A program made the position numbers and the translations under genes. Positions 1 to 12,474 of a DNA stretch of 64,000 bases are shown here, piece by piece; position 1 is the first letter of the stretch; the number at the start of each line of letters is the position of its first letter. The DNA is from Macrostomum hystrix (taxonomy: Eukaryota; Animalia; Platyhelminthes), in assembly GCA_950097015.1 (NCBI GenBank), contig CATNEN010000002.1:1736001-1800000 (forward strand). Reading direction: 5' to 3'. The notes below the pieces were generated by a model. It did not search any database, was not told where the DNA came from, and worked only from the letters and a program-made list of their open reading frames with translations.

Positions 1-1842
1 ACAGATTTGCAAATCACTTTTTTCTGTGAAATATAATCAGCACGAATTCGAGTTTGAAAGAAGTGCTAAAGTACATCTTAAATTATTTCTACAAAAGTGT
101 GCAATATTTTCGAGACACCTTTCTTCTTTTCTACACTGCGTAATTAGAATCAGAAAGCAGATAGAATGTAAGTTTATAGTTCTACTTGATTTCTGGGGAC
201 AATACGTAGCTACGAATGAAATCGAACGGAACATAGATTTTATTATAAAGAATTTAGATAAAAATAAAATTTTAGAGAACGCACTTGTAACACACATGTT
301 TCATTCTTGCCTTTTAAGGATATTTACTTTTATTAATTACATTTTTTACATATTACATATTATATAACAAGTTATCAATACAAGCTGGAGAGTTTATCAT
401 TTTCTATCCGATCTGTAGGAAGCTTGTATATTTGTGGTTTTATGGTGAAAAAGCTATAAATAACATATAAATTAACCAATATGTATACACAGAAAAAGAT
501 GACCCAATAAGTCAACACCACCTCCCAGTCCTGCCGAAACCTGTGACGCAGCATATACAAAAGACGACTAGATCTTCTAGCGGTCCGATCTAGCGGGCCT
601 TGGCTTATTCATGTACCACGTAAATTACAAATAATATTTAGGCGCAGTTAAAAAGGTTGATTGTACTCGCGACAGAATAAAAGCCACTGACACGGTGTAT
701 TGACAAAGTATTATATTTTTTGTATTTTTTATCGTCTAGGTAGATATTTTGCAACTGATAGATGTATCCGCAAGGTTTAACGAAGCAACGCTTGTTATAA
801 TTTATGCTTGTTTTTTAATTTTCGTGAAACAAATCTTAGTGACATTATTTTTTTTCATTCGTAGCATTTTTTGTACTACAGTTAGGAATGTTCTTCTTTC
901 TTAGGAATGTTAGGAATGAAAAATATTATTTCTGCGTTTATTTTTGTTTTATTGAGTTTAAGGTTGCTGTTTCCAAGAGTAACTTTTGAACTCCCGACCA
1001 CACGTTGTAAAAACGCGATCAATGTTTTCTTTACATCTACGTCCAATTGTGCTATTTACATATAGCACAGCGTATTAAATGTTTTTCTAACAGATATGTG
1101 CTCATCTTGAACATTTTTCCTACTATCTACAATGAGTTATATTTATATGGCTTTAAGGTTATTTTTTATAGAAGAAGGCGAGTAGATTTACTGTATTTTA
1201 TGTATGAGTATGCATGGCTAGATAAATGGCGTTTATATAGCAAGCTTTTTCTTACTAATTATCCATTTCGCTGCTATGTTAGTGTTAAGGAGTCACCCAA
1301 ATATGCCTGCAACATCTCCGACTTCATTGGTCACCGACCTATTTAGCTATTATATATATTATTTGGATTTAGATTTTTGAATATAGTGTCCTTTAATCAT
1401 CAGTTGCATCTTTCAAACTCCTTTAGGCCTACTTTTTATGAATTTTGAAAAAATCTACAGTTCTCAAGATTAGAAATTTTACATATAACTTTCAACAAGT
1501 AACACCAATATATATTGCTATAAAGCCAGATTAACTTTTTGATTGAAATAAAAGATTGGCTTATTGACTCAAATGCGCGTGCCTTCAACTGTCTCAAAAT
1601 AACCAGATATTTGGTAACTCCTATTATCGCATGTTTCTCAAAGCATCATGTATGCATATAATCATGCGTTTAGGCACTTTCTGTTTTTAAAGCTACTTTC
1701 GACTGCTGGGCTGTCCGACTGAAGCTGTACATCTAAGCTTGGCTAAGTGTAGTTACAATATTTTAATTTAAAGCAATGACAATTCCAGGACCAGGACATA
1801 AAGAAGGTCACAGCTGACGGAAGGGAGTCTTCCGGCGCTTCC

Positions 1843-4800
1843 ATGGGTCGGCGGCCGTCGCTTTTGAAGCGCCTCAGTTTGCGAGTGGCGCCTGCGTCGA
1901 AAGCAACCAAAGTCAAAAGTACAAACTGGACGAAATTGATGGCAAGGTGAAAATAGCTTGACGAATTTTTACTGTTCGGATGAAAACTTATTTTTACTTT
2001 CGTTTTTACTCAACTGAAAAAAATAGTGTTCGCGTGATGCAAAACGACTCAAACGTCGCCAATCTACGAGCTGCTCAGGCTCAGCATGAGACACGGCGTC
2101 GAAGACCAGCCCTGGTGAAGCGATTCACCCAGGCGATTCCAGCGCTACTGATCGAGTCTGAAATTCAAAGCATCTTTAAACGGCTAATGTCTGGCGGTTT
2201 GCTGTCCACTGTAGACGACCTGCCCCTAAGAAACTCAAGAACTGTGCGGGTCTTTCTCTGCTCCACGTTTTCAGGTTTGCGCACGCAACACTGCACTTTG
2301 CAATGACTTTTTTATCCATCAAAATTTTTTTGTTAAAACGCTGACAGTTTTTATACATCTTTGAGAAAAGAGTAAAACAAAAATAACTTTTTAGACAGGG
2401 AGGGTGTGGCAGAGCGGGTGACGCGTTTGCCTCGCACCAATGTCACTGAGCTCGATTCCGCAGCGAGGCCACGTTAATTTGGGGCGCCGCCGCGGAGAGA
2501 AGGCTTGTAGGCTTTTCGTGCAATTTACGCTCCTAAGGGCCAACCTCCAAGGCACAGTGAGAGTGTAAACTGCCTGACGATGAGAAAATCTGGACAGATG
2601 CTCTATGACTGCGCGTCTGCGAACAGTATCTGTGTGCGTGTGTGCTCAGGAGTCAGCGAACTAGGCAGAATTGCCTCCTGACTGACTGCGGGTCTAGTGT
2701 CACCAACTGATGTGCCAGTTTTCACAGCCCTCCTGCAAACATAAATAAATATTATAAATTTTAGACATGCACGCCGAAAGAAACATTATTATGCATCAAG
2801 TCTACCCGCGACTAAGACAGTACTGTCGACAGCAACATGGAATTGCGTTGCAGGTTAAAAAATTAGCTGATTTCTTGCAAATATTTGCCTCTTTGATGCA
2901 CTAGAGAAATAATCAATAGCCCTAAATACCCCTTGTAGATAGTGGACATGCGATGGGGCATCCAGGACGGAGCCACCGTTGATCAGACGGCCTCAGAGAT
3001 CTGCTTTGCTGAGCTGTTCAACTGTCAGAGACTTTCGATCGGACCTCACTTCCTTGTGAGTTGCTATATCGAAGTTTATTTAATTTAACTCGCAAGGAAT
3101 TCCCCTTGACAATTTTTTGTTGCACTTGAACGGAGCAACGCAAGCACACGAAACTCAAGAACACGGGTTACATTTTTGTCGCGCATCTTCTGAAACAAGA
3201 TTCAGGTCTCCAGCCGTTCAGACCGTCGAGATGTTCAACGGTTTTGTCCCAAGGTCGCATTTTTCTCATCAGAGCTACTGAATTTCATACACCCTATAGG
3301 CCTACACGAAGTTGTATTGCGTCTCAATTACACCTTGCCAGGAATAAAAAATTAATCAGCATGTCATCCGAATGTGCCTGCATCATCTCTTGTTGTCACC
3401 GACCTTTATCTAGGCGGAGCTGCTGGACCTTCAACAAGTAATAGTAGAGTTTAGGCAAATACACGACCCCATAGCCACCTGGAGACACCCTGCTGACGGT
3501 GCTGACGGTGTCGGGGTGGTGACTGATTGTTTAACAGACTAGGCAAGGGTCCTGTGGTTGAGCTTCGTCCCATAAATTTAGGCTTGATCAGCGAAATAGG
3601 AGAATTTTGCATCAGGATCTCCATATTCAGCAGGTGCCACTTGCTGTCTAGATAAAGGCCAGTGACCACTGAAGTCGGAGATGATGCAGGCACATTAGGT
3701 GGCGTGCTAATAAAGTTTGAAGGCCAGGCAAGGCCGCTGTGATGCGCAGTGCTTGTTCGTGTATAGGGGTATGAAATACACTAGCTCTTATAGAAAAATT
3801 ATGACCCTCGGCCAGAACCGTTAAATATCTGGACGGTCTGAAGGGCTGGCGACTTTATTTTTGGTTCAGAAGACGCGCCAGAAAAATTTGGCCTGTCCTC
3901 TTGAGTTTCGTGCAGTGCTTGCGTTGCTCCGTATGGGTGCAGAAAAACATTGTGTTGTTATGAAAAAGAGCGGCAAAATGGCTTGCTAGTCCTTGTCCTA
4001 AGGACATTCCAGAACAATTAAAAACCTTGGCGGCATTTCTGTTTCGCAGGGAATTCTGAGCCACCGCTACGGCACCCGACAGCTGCCTCACAAGCTTCAG
4101 CGGTCAGAGATGGAGGCTCTGGAGAAGCGCATGGCCCAATTTGGAAACGAGACGGCACTGGGCCTGCTGCGCAAGTGGTACCGTCTGGACGAGAACCAGA
4201 AGGAGGCGGTGTTTGTCTTTCAGTCTCCGGCATCGCTTGCTGACGGTGATGAAACCAGAGCAGCCGAGGCTAGAGCAGCATGGAGAAAGGAAGAGGGTCC
4301 ACTGGTCGATGCAGTTGTGACGTCTGCCGAGCGAGCTGCAGAGCTGGGTGAGATGAGCTCAGACCGAGCGCTGCACTTCTCAGCGTCAGTCACTCACCTG
4401 GAGTTTGTTCACGGAGTGCTGCAGTGTCGCGATGAGCGACGACAAGACGCGCTTCTGTTTTGTCGAGAGATTGAGGACGTGAGAGAGCAGGTGCAAGCTG
4501 GAGACAAGGCGGTATCAAGGTTTGTCGAAACTCAACCGAACGGTTCACTTGATGAAGCGACGTTCGAGAGAATCCAGAGACTGAAGGAGCAGCAGCTGCC
4601 AGCAGTTTTGCCTCTCGAGAACATTATCACACACCGACTGAGGTGGAGCTCCGTGATCGACGGAGACGCAGACTACGAGGGCCAGCTTGCGAGCGACATT
4701 GAGCGACAGCTACGTCGCCTGATTGATCGAGGCGTCGGTCAACTGTCGGCACTGGAGTCGGACAGTGTGTACACAGAGGTGCTGCAGCACTCGCATCAGT

Positions 4801-7800
4801 GCGTGAGCTACGTGAAGCAGTTTCAGGGCCGAGAAGACTGCATGGAAGCAGTACGCAGTCAGCTGACGGGTCCGTCATCTCATCCGCTTGTGATCCACGG
4901 ATGCTCGGGCAGCGGAAAGACGTCGGTGCTTGCGAGAGCCGGCGTGTTGGTCCGAGACTGGCTGCCGGATTCTGAGCGATCTGACGCAGTGGTTCTCGTG
5001 AGATTCCTCGGAACCAGTCCTGCATCATCCAGCATTCGACAGACTCTGAAATCGCTGTGTCAGCAGATGTGCGTTTTTCTGGGACATTCAGAGACCGAGC
5101 TGCTTTCGACGGTTGAGGACTTTAGAGACCTCGTGGACAGCTTCTATCGAATGGCAGAGTCGCTGTGCCAACAGGGACAAAGGTAAGTGCTTGACAAATG
5201 AATCTGGATGCATAGCATTTCCACTAGCAAGGTCGCTCTACTAAACTGTTGAATCTTATTCTCTGCTTGAATTTCAGGGTGTTTGTGTTTCTTGACTCGC
5301 TGGACCAACTGGATGGGTCGGATGGGGCGCACACTTTGAGCTGGCTTCGAGCCAAGCTGCCAAGCAACATGAAGCTAGTCGTGAGCTGCCTGCCAGAGCT
5401 GCACGGTATTCTGGATGCGTGCCGGATGCTGCTGGATGGTGTCGCCGACTCATTCGTCGAGGTGGTCGCTCTGGAGCCGTCGCTCTGCAGCAAGATCGTG
5501 GAGGAGCTGCTGTCTGCACGCAGTCGAAACCTGACAGAGTCGCAGTGGTCGATGGTGCGGGAAGCATTCAGGGCGTGCAGCCTGCCCATATTCATGAACT
5601 TGGTGTTCAACGAGGTTGTGCAGTGGCGATCGTACACTCCGGTGGAGAGCTTGCAGCACACAGTCCGCGGTGCCATCGAGCATCTGTTCGGTCGGCTTGA
5701 GAGGCAGTTCGGAACGTTGCTAGTGCGTCACTCGCTGTCGTACATCACAGCGTCTCGGAACGGACTCGGCGATCTCGAGATGGAGGACTTGCTGTCGCTT
5801 GACGAGGATGTTCTCGGCGAGATCTTTGCCCACCACCTGCCGCCATTCATTAGAGTGCCGCCGCTGTGCTGGACTCGAGTCAGACATGAGCTCGGCGACT
5901 ACCTGGTCGAGAGGGAGGCCGATGACAACAGAGTGGTTTTCTGGTACCACCGGCAGTTCTGGGAGGTCGCACAGGAGTACCTGTTTTCAGACAAGTCGCA
6001 CGCCAGACAGACTCACTCTCGTCTGGCGGACTACTTCCTTGGAGTGTGGGCTGGACGAGCAAAGCCGTTTCACTGTCCCAAAAACTTGGCGGCGAAGCTG
6101 TCCAGACAGGTGAGGCGCTCGTTGCTTAATGCTTCAGTTGAGCAATATCCTGACGCATTTGTAAATCCCGAAAACATTTCAGGGAACGCCGCCACCGACA
6201 GAGGCAGACAGACAAGTGGCCGCTCAGCCAAACTGTCTGCAGGTGCAGGCAGACGGCAGCAGACGGCTCAACCTGAGGAAGCTGAGCGAGCTGCCCTACC
6301 AGCTGGTGCGCAGTGGTCGGATCGAGGACTTTCACCGAGAGGTGACCTTCAACGCCGACTTTCTGGAGTGTCGACTCAGCGGCTCGTCCCGTTACCAACT
6401 GCTGAGGGATCTGCGCCTGTTTCTTGATTTCGACGAGTCCGAGATTGGCGATCGATCTGGCTTTGCCGACGCCGAGCGAGTGTTCAACGCGATCCGTATC
6501 GCATCGCTCAGCCTAGGCCACAGCTCGCTGGCCATCTCCGTCGACTTGTGCGGTCGTCTGCGCCACTTTGCAGACGCTTCGCCAAACATTCGGCGACTTC
6601 TAGACGGATGCCGAAGCAGCGCTCAGTCGGCTCGCCTGATTCCGATGAACAGCTGCTTCGACAGCGGCAGCAGCTTCAACCACTGCACAGTGCAGGTGCA
6701 GCTGGCTCTCGGTAAGCTGAGTGAGTCGGGCCTGATGTACACCGTTTCTCTGGAAGACAACAGCGTCAGATGGTTCGACCTGGAGGGCAACGAACTTAAA
6801 GAGATTCAGTGCGCAAGCCCAGTGTTGGTGCATTCGCACGTGCGCCATATGAAGACCGTGTCAGAAAGCGGTTGCTTTCTTGTTCTTGCTAGAGAGTGTC
6901 CTGATGACGATCAGTCGTACAGAATATTCAAAACGAATCTGCATACTGGTGATAGTAGCTTAGTTCTGCACTCATTGCCTAGCGAAGTCGCTTTGGCTGC
7001 TGCACAAGAGGGCGAGAACGTCGTATTTGCATCGTCTGAGAATTACATTCTTCTAAAAATTTTGTCGCTTCGATTAATAACTTCGTTTATACTTTTGCAC
7101 CCCAAGTCGAGTCAGCTTGTTCGACTGAGAGCTATGCAGTCACGTTGGAGCGGCCCGTTTTTAAACGGTGATCGATTTCTTTTCTTTCTTGGCCACTCTG
7201 AATTTTCGCGCAGTGAGCCACCAACAAACAGTGCCTTGGATAGACCTAGAATTATCATTCTTACCGAGTCTGACCTCGCCACGGAAATCGAGCTGGATTG
7301 TCCAGAACTGAAGCCTTTCGTTCTGACTTCAGAAACACCTAAGACTCAACCACTGGAGGCATTCTGTGTTAAAGAAACGCTTTTAATTATAACCCGCACT
7401 GCGCATGCGGATGTCCCACAAGATGTTGTCTTCACTGTTCACTGCTTCACTATTGTGGGTAGCCAATCCCACAGGATGCACAAATGGACACGTCCAAATT
7501 CGAATCCCCACTCAGAGTTTAGTGTCGTTTTGTCAGCAGACGTCGGCTCAGCGGCTCTGGTGTTTCGTACGCCAGTCAGGAGTGGCATGGGATTCGTCTG
7601 CAGACTGGCCGATGGCGAATTCTGCCAGCTGGCTTATCACCCGGTGCTGGAGGAGTCGCACAATCTGGACAACGATGACAGCGCGGCGATTTCGCCGTTT
7701 CTGGACTCCGTCTTCCTCAGTGCCAATGGTGATTTGCTGCTCGCCAAAGCTTGCTCAGGGTACATGTTTAACATCTGGTCAGGCACTGATGGCAGCTTTC

Positions 7801-10800
7801 TGAGGACTGTAGCCGGAAACTCCGATTTCTACGCAGTGGGTCAGCCAAGTGGTACAGACTTCTTAGCTATTAATGTGCTTCCGGAGGACCTGGACCCGAA
7901 CGTGCAGCTAAAACTGCTGAACATAGCCGCTTTGCGAGACTCCGAGTCAGATTGCGACTTCGATAGCGCCAGGATCACAGAGAGAATGCTCAAGCAGGGA
8001 CAGTTCGCTTATCGAACCGGGCGGTCGGGTAGATTTTTAGTCTCTTTTTTTGATCGACAGACAAATCGAGGCGAGGCTTCTGAGGTTGACTTTGCTTCAG
8101 GCAAGCGACTAATCGAGCTGGAGTTCAGCGGTGAAAATGACAACAATGCACTGCCAGATTTGGTCGAAAAGGATGAAGAAAATGTTTACAGTCAAGATAA
8201 GAAGCCTAGTGAATATGTTTCAGAGCCGGAAAAATATCTGCCTGATCAAGAAACAAGCACAGTTGAGGATTCTTTCGAGGAGCAGCTAGCTCCGAAGCTA
8301 AAAGACTATTGTTGGTATTGGGATCTGAAAGATTATAATCTGGCTCTTGTACGGGATCCAAGAACCTTGGGTATGCGGTTAATAGACACCAAGCCAGGCA
8401 TACTCGTAATGAATGCTGAAGCACTGTTTCAAGTCGAGTCAGCTGTTTTAGCTGAAGATCTCGAAATGGAGAATGGACTTTTTAAGAACGCTTCGACCAC
8501 AGCGTTGCCGACTGTGATAATCACAAACCATCCCCAGTTTAGCAGCATGCCTGCCGGATATTTGTCAACGAATGAGCGGCCGCTGATGTTTGACAAAACT
8601 GCCGATCTTTTTGCTGTTTTGTCGTATGACTTCAAGACACTGTTTCTACTGCCTAGAAAGGTCCGGTTCGCATCTCAGCTGTTGAAAGTCGACCTGCAAA
8701 CTCGTCGAATTCAACAGGCTAGCAGTCGGCAACTTCCAGTCAGACTGGTGGTTGGCGAGGAATTCGTTCGAAATGCTGGACGTCGTGCTGCCATCGAGGC
8801 GATGCGGGTGACAGCAAGCGACCTGGTCCAGGCGCAGAGCCGACTGACCTCCGTACCCTTGGAGAAGGAAAAGCGGAGTGAATTCGAGATGTGCAAGTTT
8901 GCCATCAGCCAGTCGAGAGAGCTACTGCGGAGGATGATAGCCGAGTATCAGGTGATTTATCAAGGCAAACAGCTGCAAAGGTGCAAGTGATTTAGAAAAG
9001 ATGAGAAACTTTTTCAAAGTAGTGAATAATTCCTAATCTGCCCTGTTGTCTTGCTTAACTTCCACTTTTGGATGTCATCTCTTTGGCATCAAAGCGGGTC
9101 TGGCATTTTTCATTACATAGTTCGTTACTGTGTTCTAGTACAGCCCTTTCAGGCGGTCAGTGGCAGAGCGGTTAACACGTTTGCCTCTCGCGCCAAGGTC
9201 CCTGAGCTCGATTCCGCGGCGAGGCCACATTCATTTGTGGCTCAGCTGCCGAGAGATGGCTTGGCGGCTTGTCGTGCAATTTACGCCCCTGAGGGCCAAC
9301 CTTCAAGGCACAGTGAGAGTGTACAGTGTACAGTGAGACTGCCTGAAGATAAGAAAGTCAACACCAGTGAGTGTGAGCCAGCGTACAGTATCTGGGTGCG
9401 TGTATGAGTCAGCTGAATGGGCAAAATTGCCTCCTCGATGGCTGCAGGTCAAGTGTCCACCAAATGATGCGCCAATGCCCGCAGCCCTACTGCAATTATT
9501 ACTTTTATTATTATGGCCTTCTCTTACTTACTATAAGTAGTGATAAAAGTGATCGCACTCCAAACGCAGGACGCAGAAGCTGAGAAAGAAGCGGACAGCT
9601 TCCAGCTGGCCGGCCAACTCGCGGCGCAACTGTCGGAGCTGCTCAGCCACGGAGCTGGGGGCGATGCCACGCGAGTGGACTCAGCCATGCGCTATCTGAC
9701 TGACAGCGGGCTCGAATCAGCGCTGCGATTTCGGTTTAAAATCAAAGCGCAGGACACATGCGAACCGGTGATGCTGTTTGCAGGCTCCGGGCAGCATTCC
9801 GATCAGCTGATCATTCAGTACCGCATCGTCAGTATCGACAGCTACGCCAAGTCGCTTGAACGCGAGACCATGTGCTGGCCCGGCCAGCTATTAGTACTCG
9901 ACTGTTATTCAGCTCTCGGCGGCATCCGCTCTGTTAGCAAGACATTCGACGCTGGCATCCTGTGCCTTCTGCCCGACGGTGCACACTGCGTCACCTACAG
10001 ACTGAAGATTGTCAACATTGTGACGGGAGAGACAGCTCGCGACCTGGACCCAAGCAACTCCGTTGTGTTGAAGGACCTCCTCATGACGTCAGATGGCCGG
10101 CTAGTCATCGGACGACGTTTGGCGCCTGGGCAGCGCATTCGACGCGACCTCGACGAGGAAACTGAGGAGCTGCTGTCGGACGGGCAGAGGGTTTTGCAGG
10201 CGAGTGTGAAAGCTTTGTGCTTCCCTTTGGATTGAAAACATCTTCCGAAGATCAACGCTGCATCGAAGCACTCTCCTCTGTTGTTGTCGGTCGTAGATGT
10301 CTTGAGTTTTGTGTTCTCGAGATTTGTACATGAGGACTAATTTTCAAGGTGCACTGAGTGTTTGAACTGAAAGCCTCGTGTCTGTGTGTGCTGAGATTCG
10401 CTAGAGAACTCCAAATTAAATTAAGAAGCTTTAAATCTGCAACTCAGCTGTAGCCTGATCAATCAACACAGATTTTCAGTCCAAAATTTTCCCACTTTTG
10501 AGCAGGCGTTTTCCCTGGCTGATGGTACTCAGCTGTTTAACTACCTATTTGAAGAGGAGCCCACACTGCTGCTATCGCCCAGTCCGAATCGACTAGTCAT
10601 TGTGCTTCGTGATCATCCTGTACAGCTGTACGAGATTATGGCTACGACCAAGCAGAGTGGTCCAGAATCTCTTAAGAAAACTTGCAAGCCAGTTAGCAAT
10701 TATCTGCAAGGGGACTACCTGAGTTTCGTTGGTAAGTAAAATAGAGCATAGCTCTCATCTATCACATGTGCAAATGTGCTATTAAGAAGAAAGCTCTCTG

Positions 10801-10909
10801 AATTGCAGGCTCGGTTTTATCCCGAGGTTTAGCCAGGGTGGCCGACGTTCGTCCCACCGATCCAATCGACTACCTGGGCCGCTGGCTGCTTAACTTGGAC
10901 TCAAATTAA
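1843..10909 (+). CDS. NACHT (STAND) ATPase with N-terminal DUF4062 and degenerate WD/beta-propeller region, NWD1/NWD2-like, about 2,100 aa
   Basis: Hand-spliced exons: 1843-1946 (frame also open from an acceptor at 1789), 2027-2274, 2765-2853, 2939-3055, 4050-5182, 5278-6109, 6183-8951, 9570-~10199, unresolved 10200-10480, ~10480-10731, 10809-10909. All resolved junctions are GT-AG with compatible phases. Motifs: [17 protein letters not shown] and IVDMRWGI (DUF4062), Walker A GCSGSGKT, Walker [12 protein letters not shown], and [12 protein letters not shown] typical of NWD/TEP1-like proteins. Confidence 0.85.
2398..2758 (+). mobile_element. tRNA-derived SINE, family A, with 9-bp TSD
   Basis: A box TGGCAGAGCGG, B-box-like GCTCGATTCC and an A/T tail. 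TSD TTTTAGACA at 2389-2397 and 2759-2767. Homologous to copies near 9152 and 20645. Confidence 0.85.
3108..3954. mobile_element. Fold-back / MITE-like element with ~320-bp imperfect inverted arms filling an intron
   Basis: 3108-3440 aligns to the reverse complement of ~3630-3954, e.g. ccagccgttcagaccgtcgagatgttcaacgg vs ccagcccttcagaccgtccagatatttaacgg, and aatgtgcctgcatcatctc in both arms. Confidence 0.8.
9152..9510 (+). mobile_element. tRNA-derived SINE, family A
   Basis: Same A/B boxes and body as 2398-2758 (gtgcaatttacgc.cct.agggccaacct.caaggcacagtgagagtgt). Lies in intron 8952-9569. Confidence 0.85.
10480..10909 (+). CDS. Terminal two exons encoding a WD-like blade and a Dpy-30/DYDC dimerisation motif
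   Basis: Spliced 10731/10809 (G|GTAAGT ... ttgcag|GC) gives [43 protein letters not shown], closely resembling the DYDC1-type motif (GLAEVARVRPVDPIEYLA). Confidence 0.75.
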
Positions 10910-11769
10910 AATATTACTCTGCTCATCAACAGTGGAACAGCGGACACTTTTTCTGCATCTCCTATAGTCTAAAATTTTCCGTTCTATCCGATGTCAAAAC
11001 TTCCAGGATCACAAAACATCGTCATCGTCAAGATATTCAATGACTCTCGTCGGGGTGTCTGGTTTGGGAGCTCCCAATTTGGTTTGGGAGCTATCGTTAA
11101 TTAGGCAGTGGGTATTTACAATACCCCGTGCTCTTTCTAATGCTACTGGACCGTATCTTGTTGTTATTTTCGTAAAGAAATCAAGCGCTTTCTATTTTCT
11201 TCTAACTAAATGTGATATTTTACGTTTTTTGTGTCTCTTTGTGCTAACCTATAAGTAGTATAAATAACATTTTGAATTATTTTTTTAGTATTGCGTGATA
11301 ACTTGAACTAACAACAGTATTGCTTTACCGTGCTTTAATTTCATATATTTAAATATGATTTAAATATAATTTAGCTATTTTTTCTTATTTTTACTTAACT
11401 AATTATTATCTGAAAGTCACATTCAATGTGCTTACACAAAACAGCTAGTTAAATATTCCAATAAAACTTGTTTTAATTACGACACAAAAATGTGCCATAT
11501 TTATAAAATCTGTTTTAAGTGATTAAAATGATCATCTTTGGCACCATATAACGGCATTTTTAACGTCGTAACTTTTATTTATCACTGAGATAAGCAAACA
11601 AAGATAAACAAAATAAACAGGAAGACTGCTCAGATAAGCAAGGTACCAATCATATAGCTGTTTGTTGCAATGGCATATAAAATAGCAATTAGTGACCCAA
11701 TTAGTTGCTTAACTTTATTTACTCACAACTGCACTGCTTGAACTCAGTCTGAGACTAGAAATACTAAAT

Positions 11770-12300
11770 CTCAAATAAACTGTGCTCAATCTGAGAGAAA
11801 CTGTGCTCAATCTGAGAGAAACTGTGCTCAATCTGAGAGAAACTGTGCTCAATCTGACTGAACCACTACTAAATCTGACAGAAACTGTGCTCAATCTGAG
11901 AGAACACTACTCAATCTGACAGAAACTGTGCTCAATCTGACAGAAACTGTGCTCAATCTGACAGAAACTGTGCTCAATCTGACAGAAACTGTGCTCAATC
12001 TGACAGAAACTGTGCTCAATCTGACAGAAACTGTGCTCAATCTGACAGAACCACTAATCAATCTGACAGAACCACTACTCAATCTGACAGAAACTGTGCT
12101 CAATCTGACAGACACTGTGCTCAATCTGACAGAAACTGTGCTCAATCTGACAGACACTGTGCTCAATCTGACAGAAACTGTGCTCAATCTGACAGACACT
12201 GTGCTCAATCTGACAGAAACTGTGCTCAATCTGACAGACACTGTGCTAAATCTGACTGACACTGTGCTCAATCTGACAGAACCACTACTCAATCTGACAA
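11770..12300. repeat. 21-bp minisatellite (aatctgacagaaactgtgctc)
   Basis: About 25 direct tandem units between the convergent 3' ends of the NACHT gene and SAYSD1. Confidence 0.95.
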
Positions 12301-12474
12301 GAAATCAACTAGATATTTAACTGAGTACTCAAATAATCAAACTGACAGAAAATTTTAGCTGACCTTACTTAAAACTCGCATAACACAGCAACAAATATCT
12401 AGACTTAAAAGAGTAAAACAAGCAACCAAAATGAAAATCAATTATTTACCATGTATTCTTAGAATCAGTTTGAT

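Noticed and set aside
375-560. 61-aa minus-strand ORF with a hydrophobic stretch
   Set aside because: No recognisable family or splice context; AT-rich DNA gives such ORFs by chance.
2570-2590. CTGACGA-TGA-GAAA in family A SINEs resembles a hammerhead ribozyme core
   Set aside because: No room for stem II and no stem III/NUH arrangement; the second copy has CTGAAGATAAGAAA.
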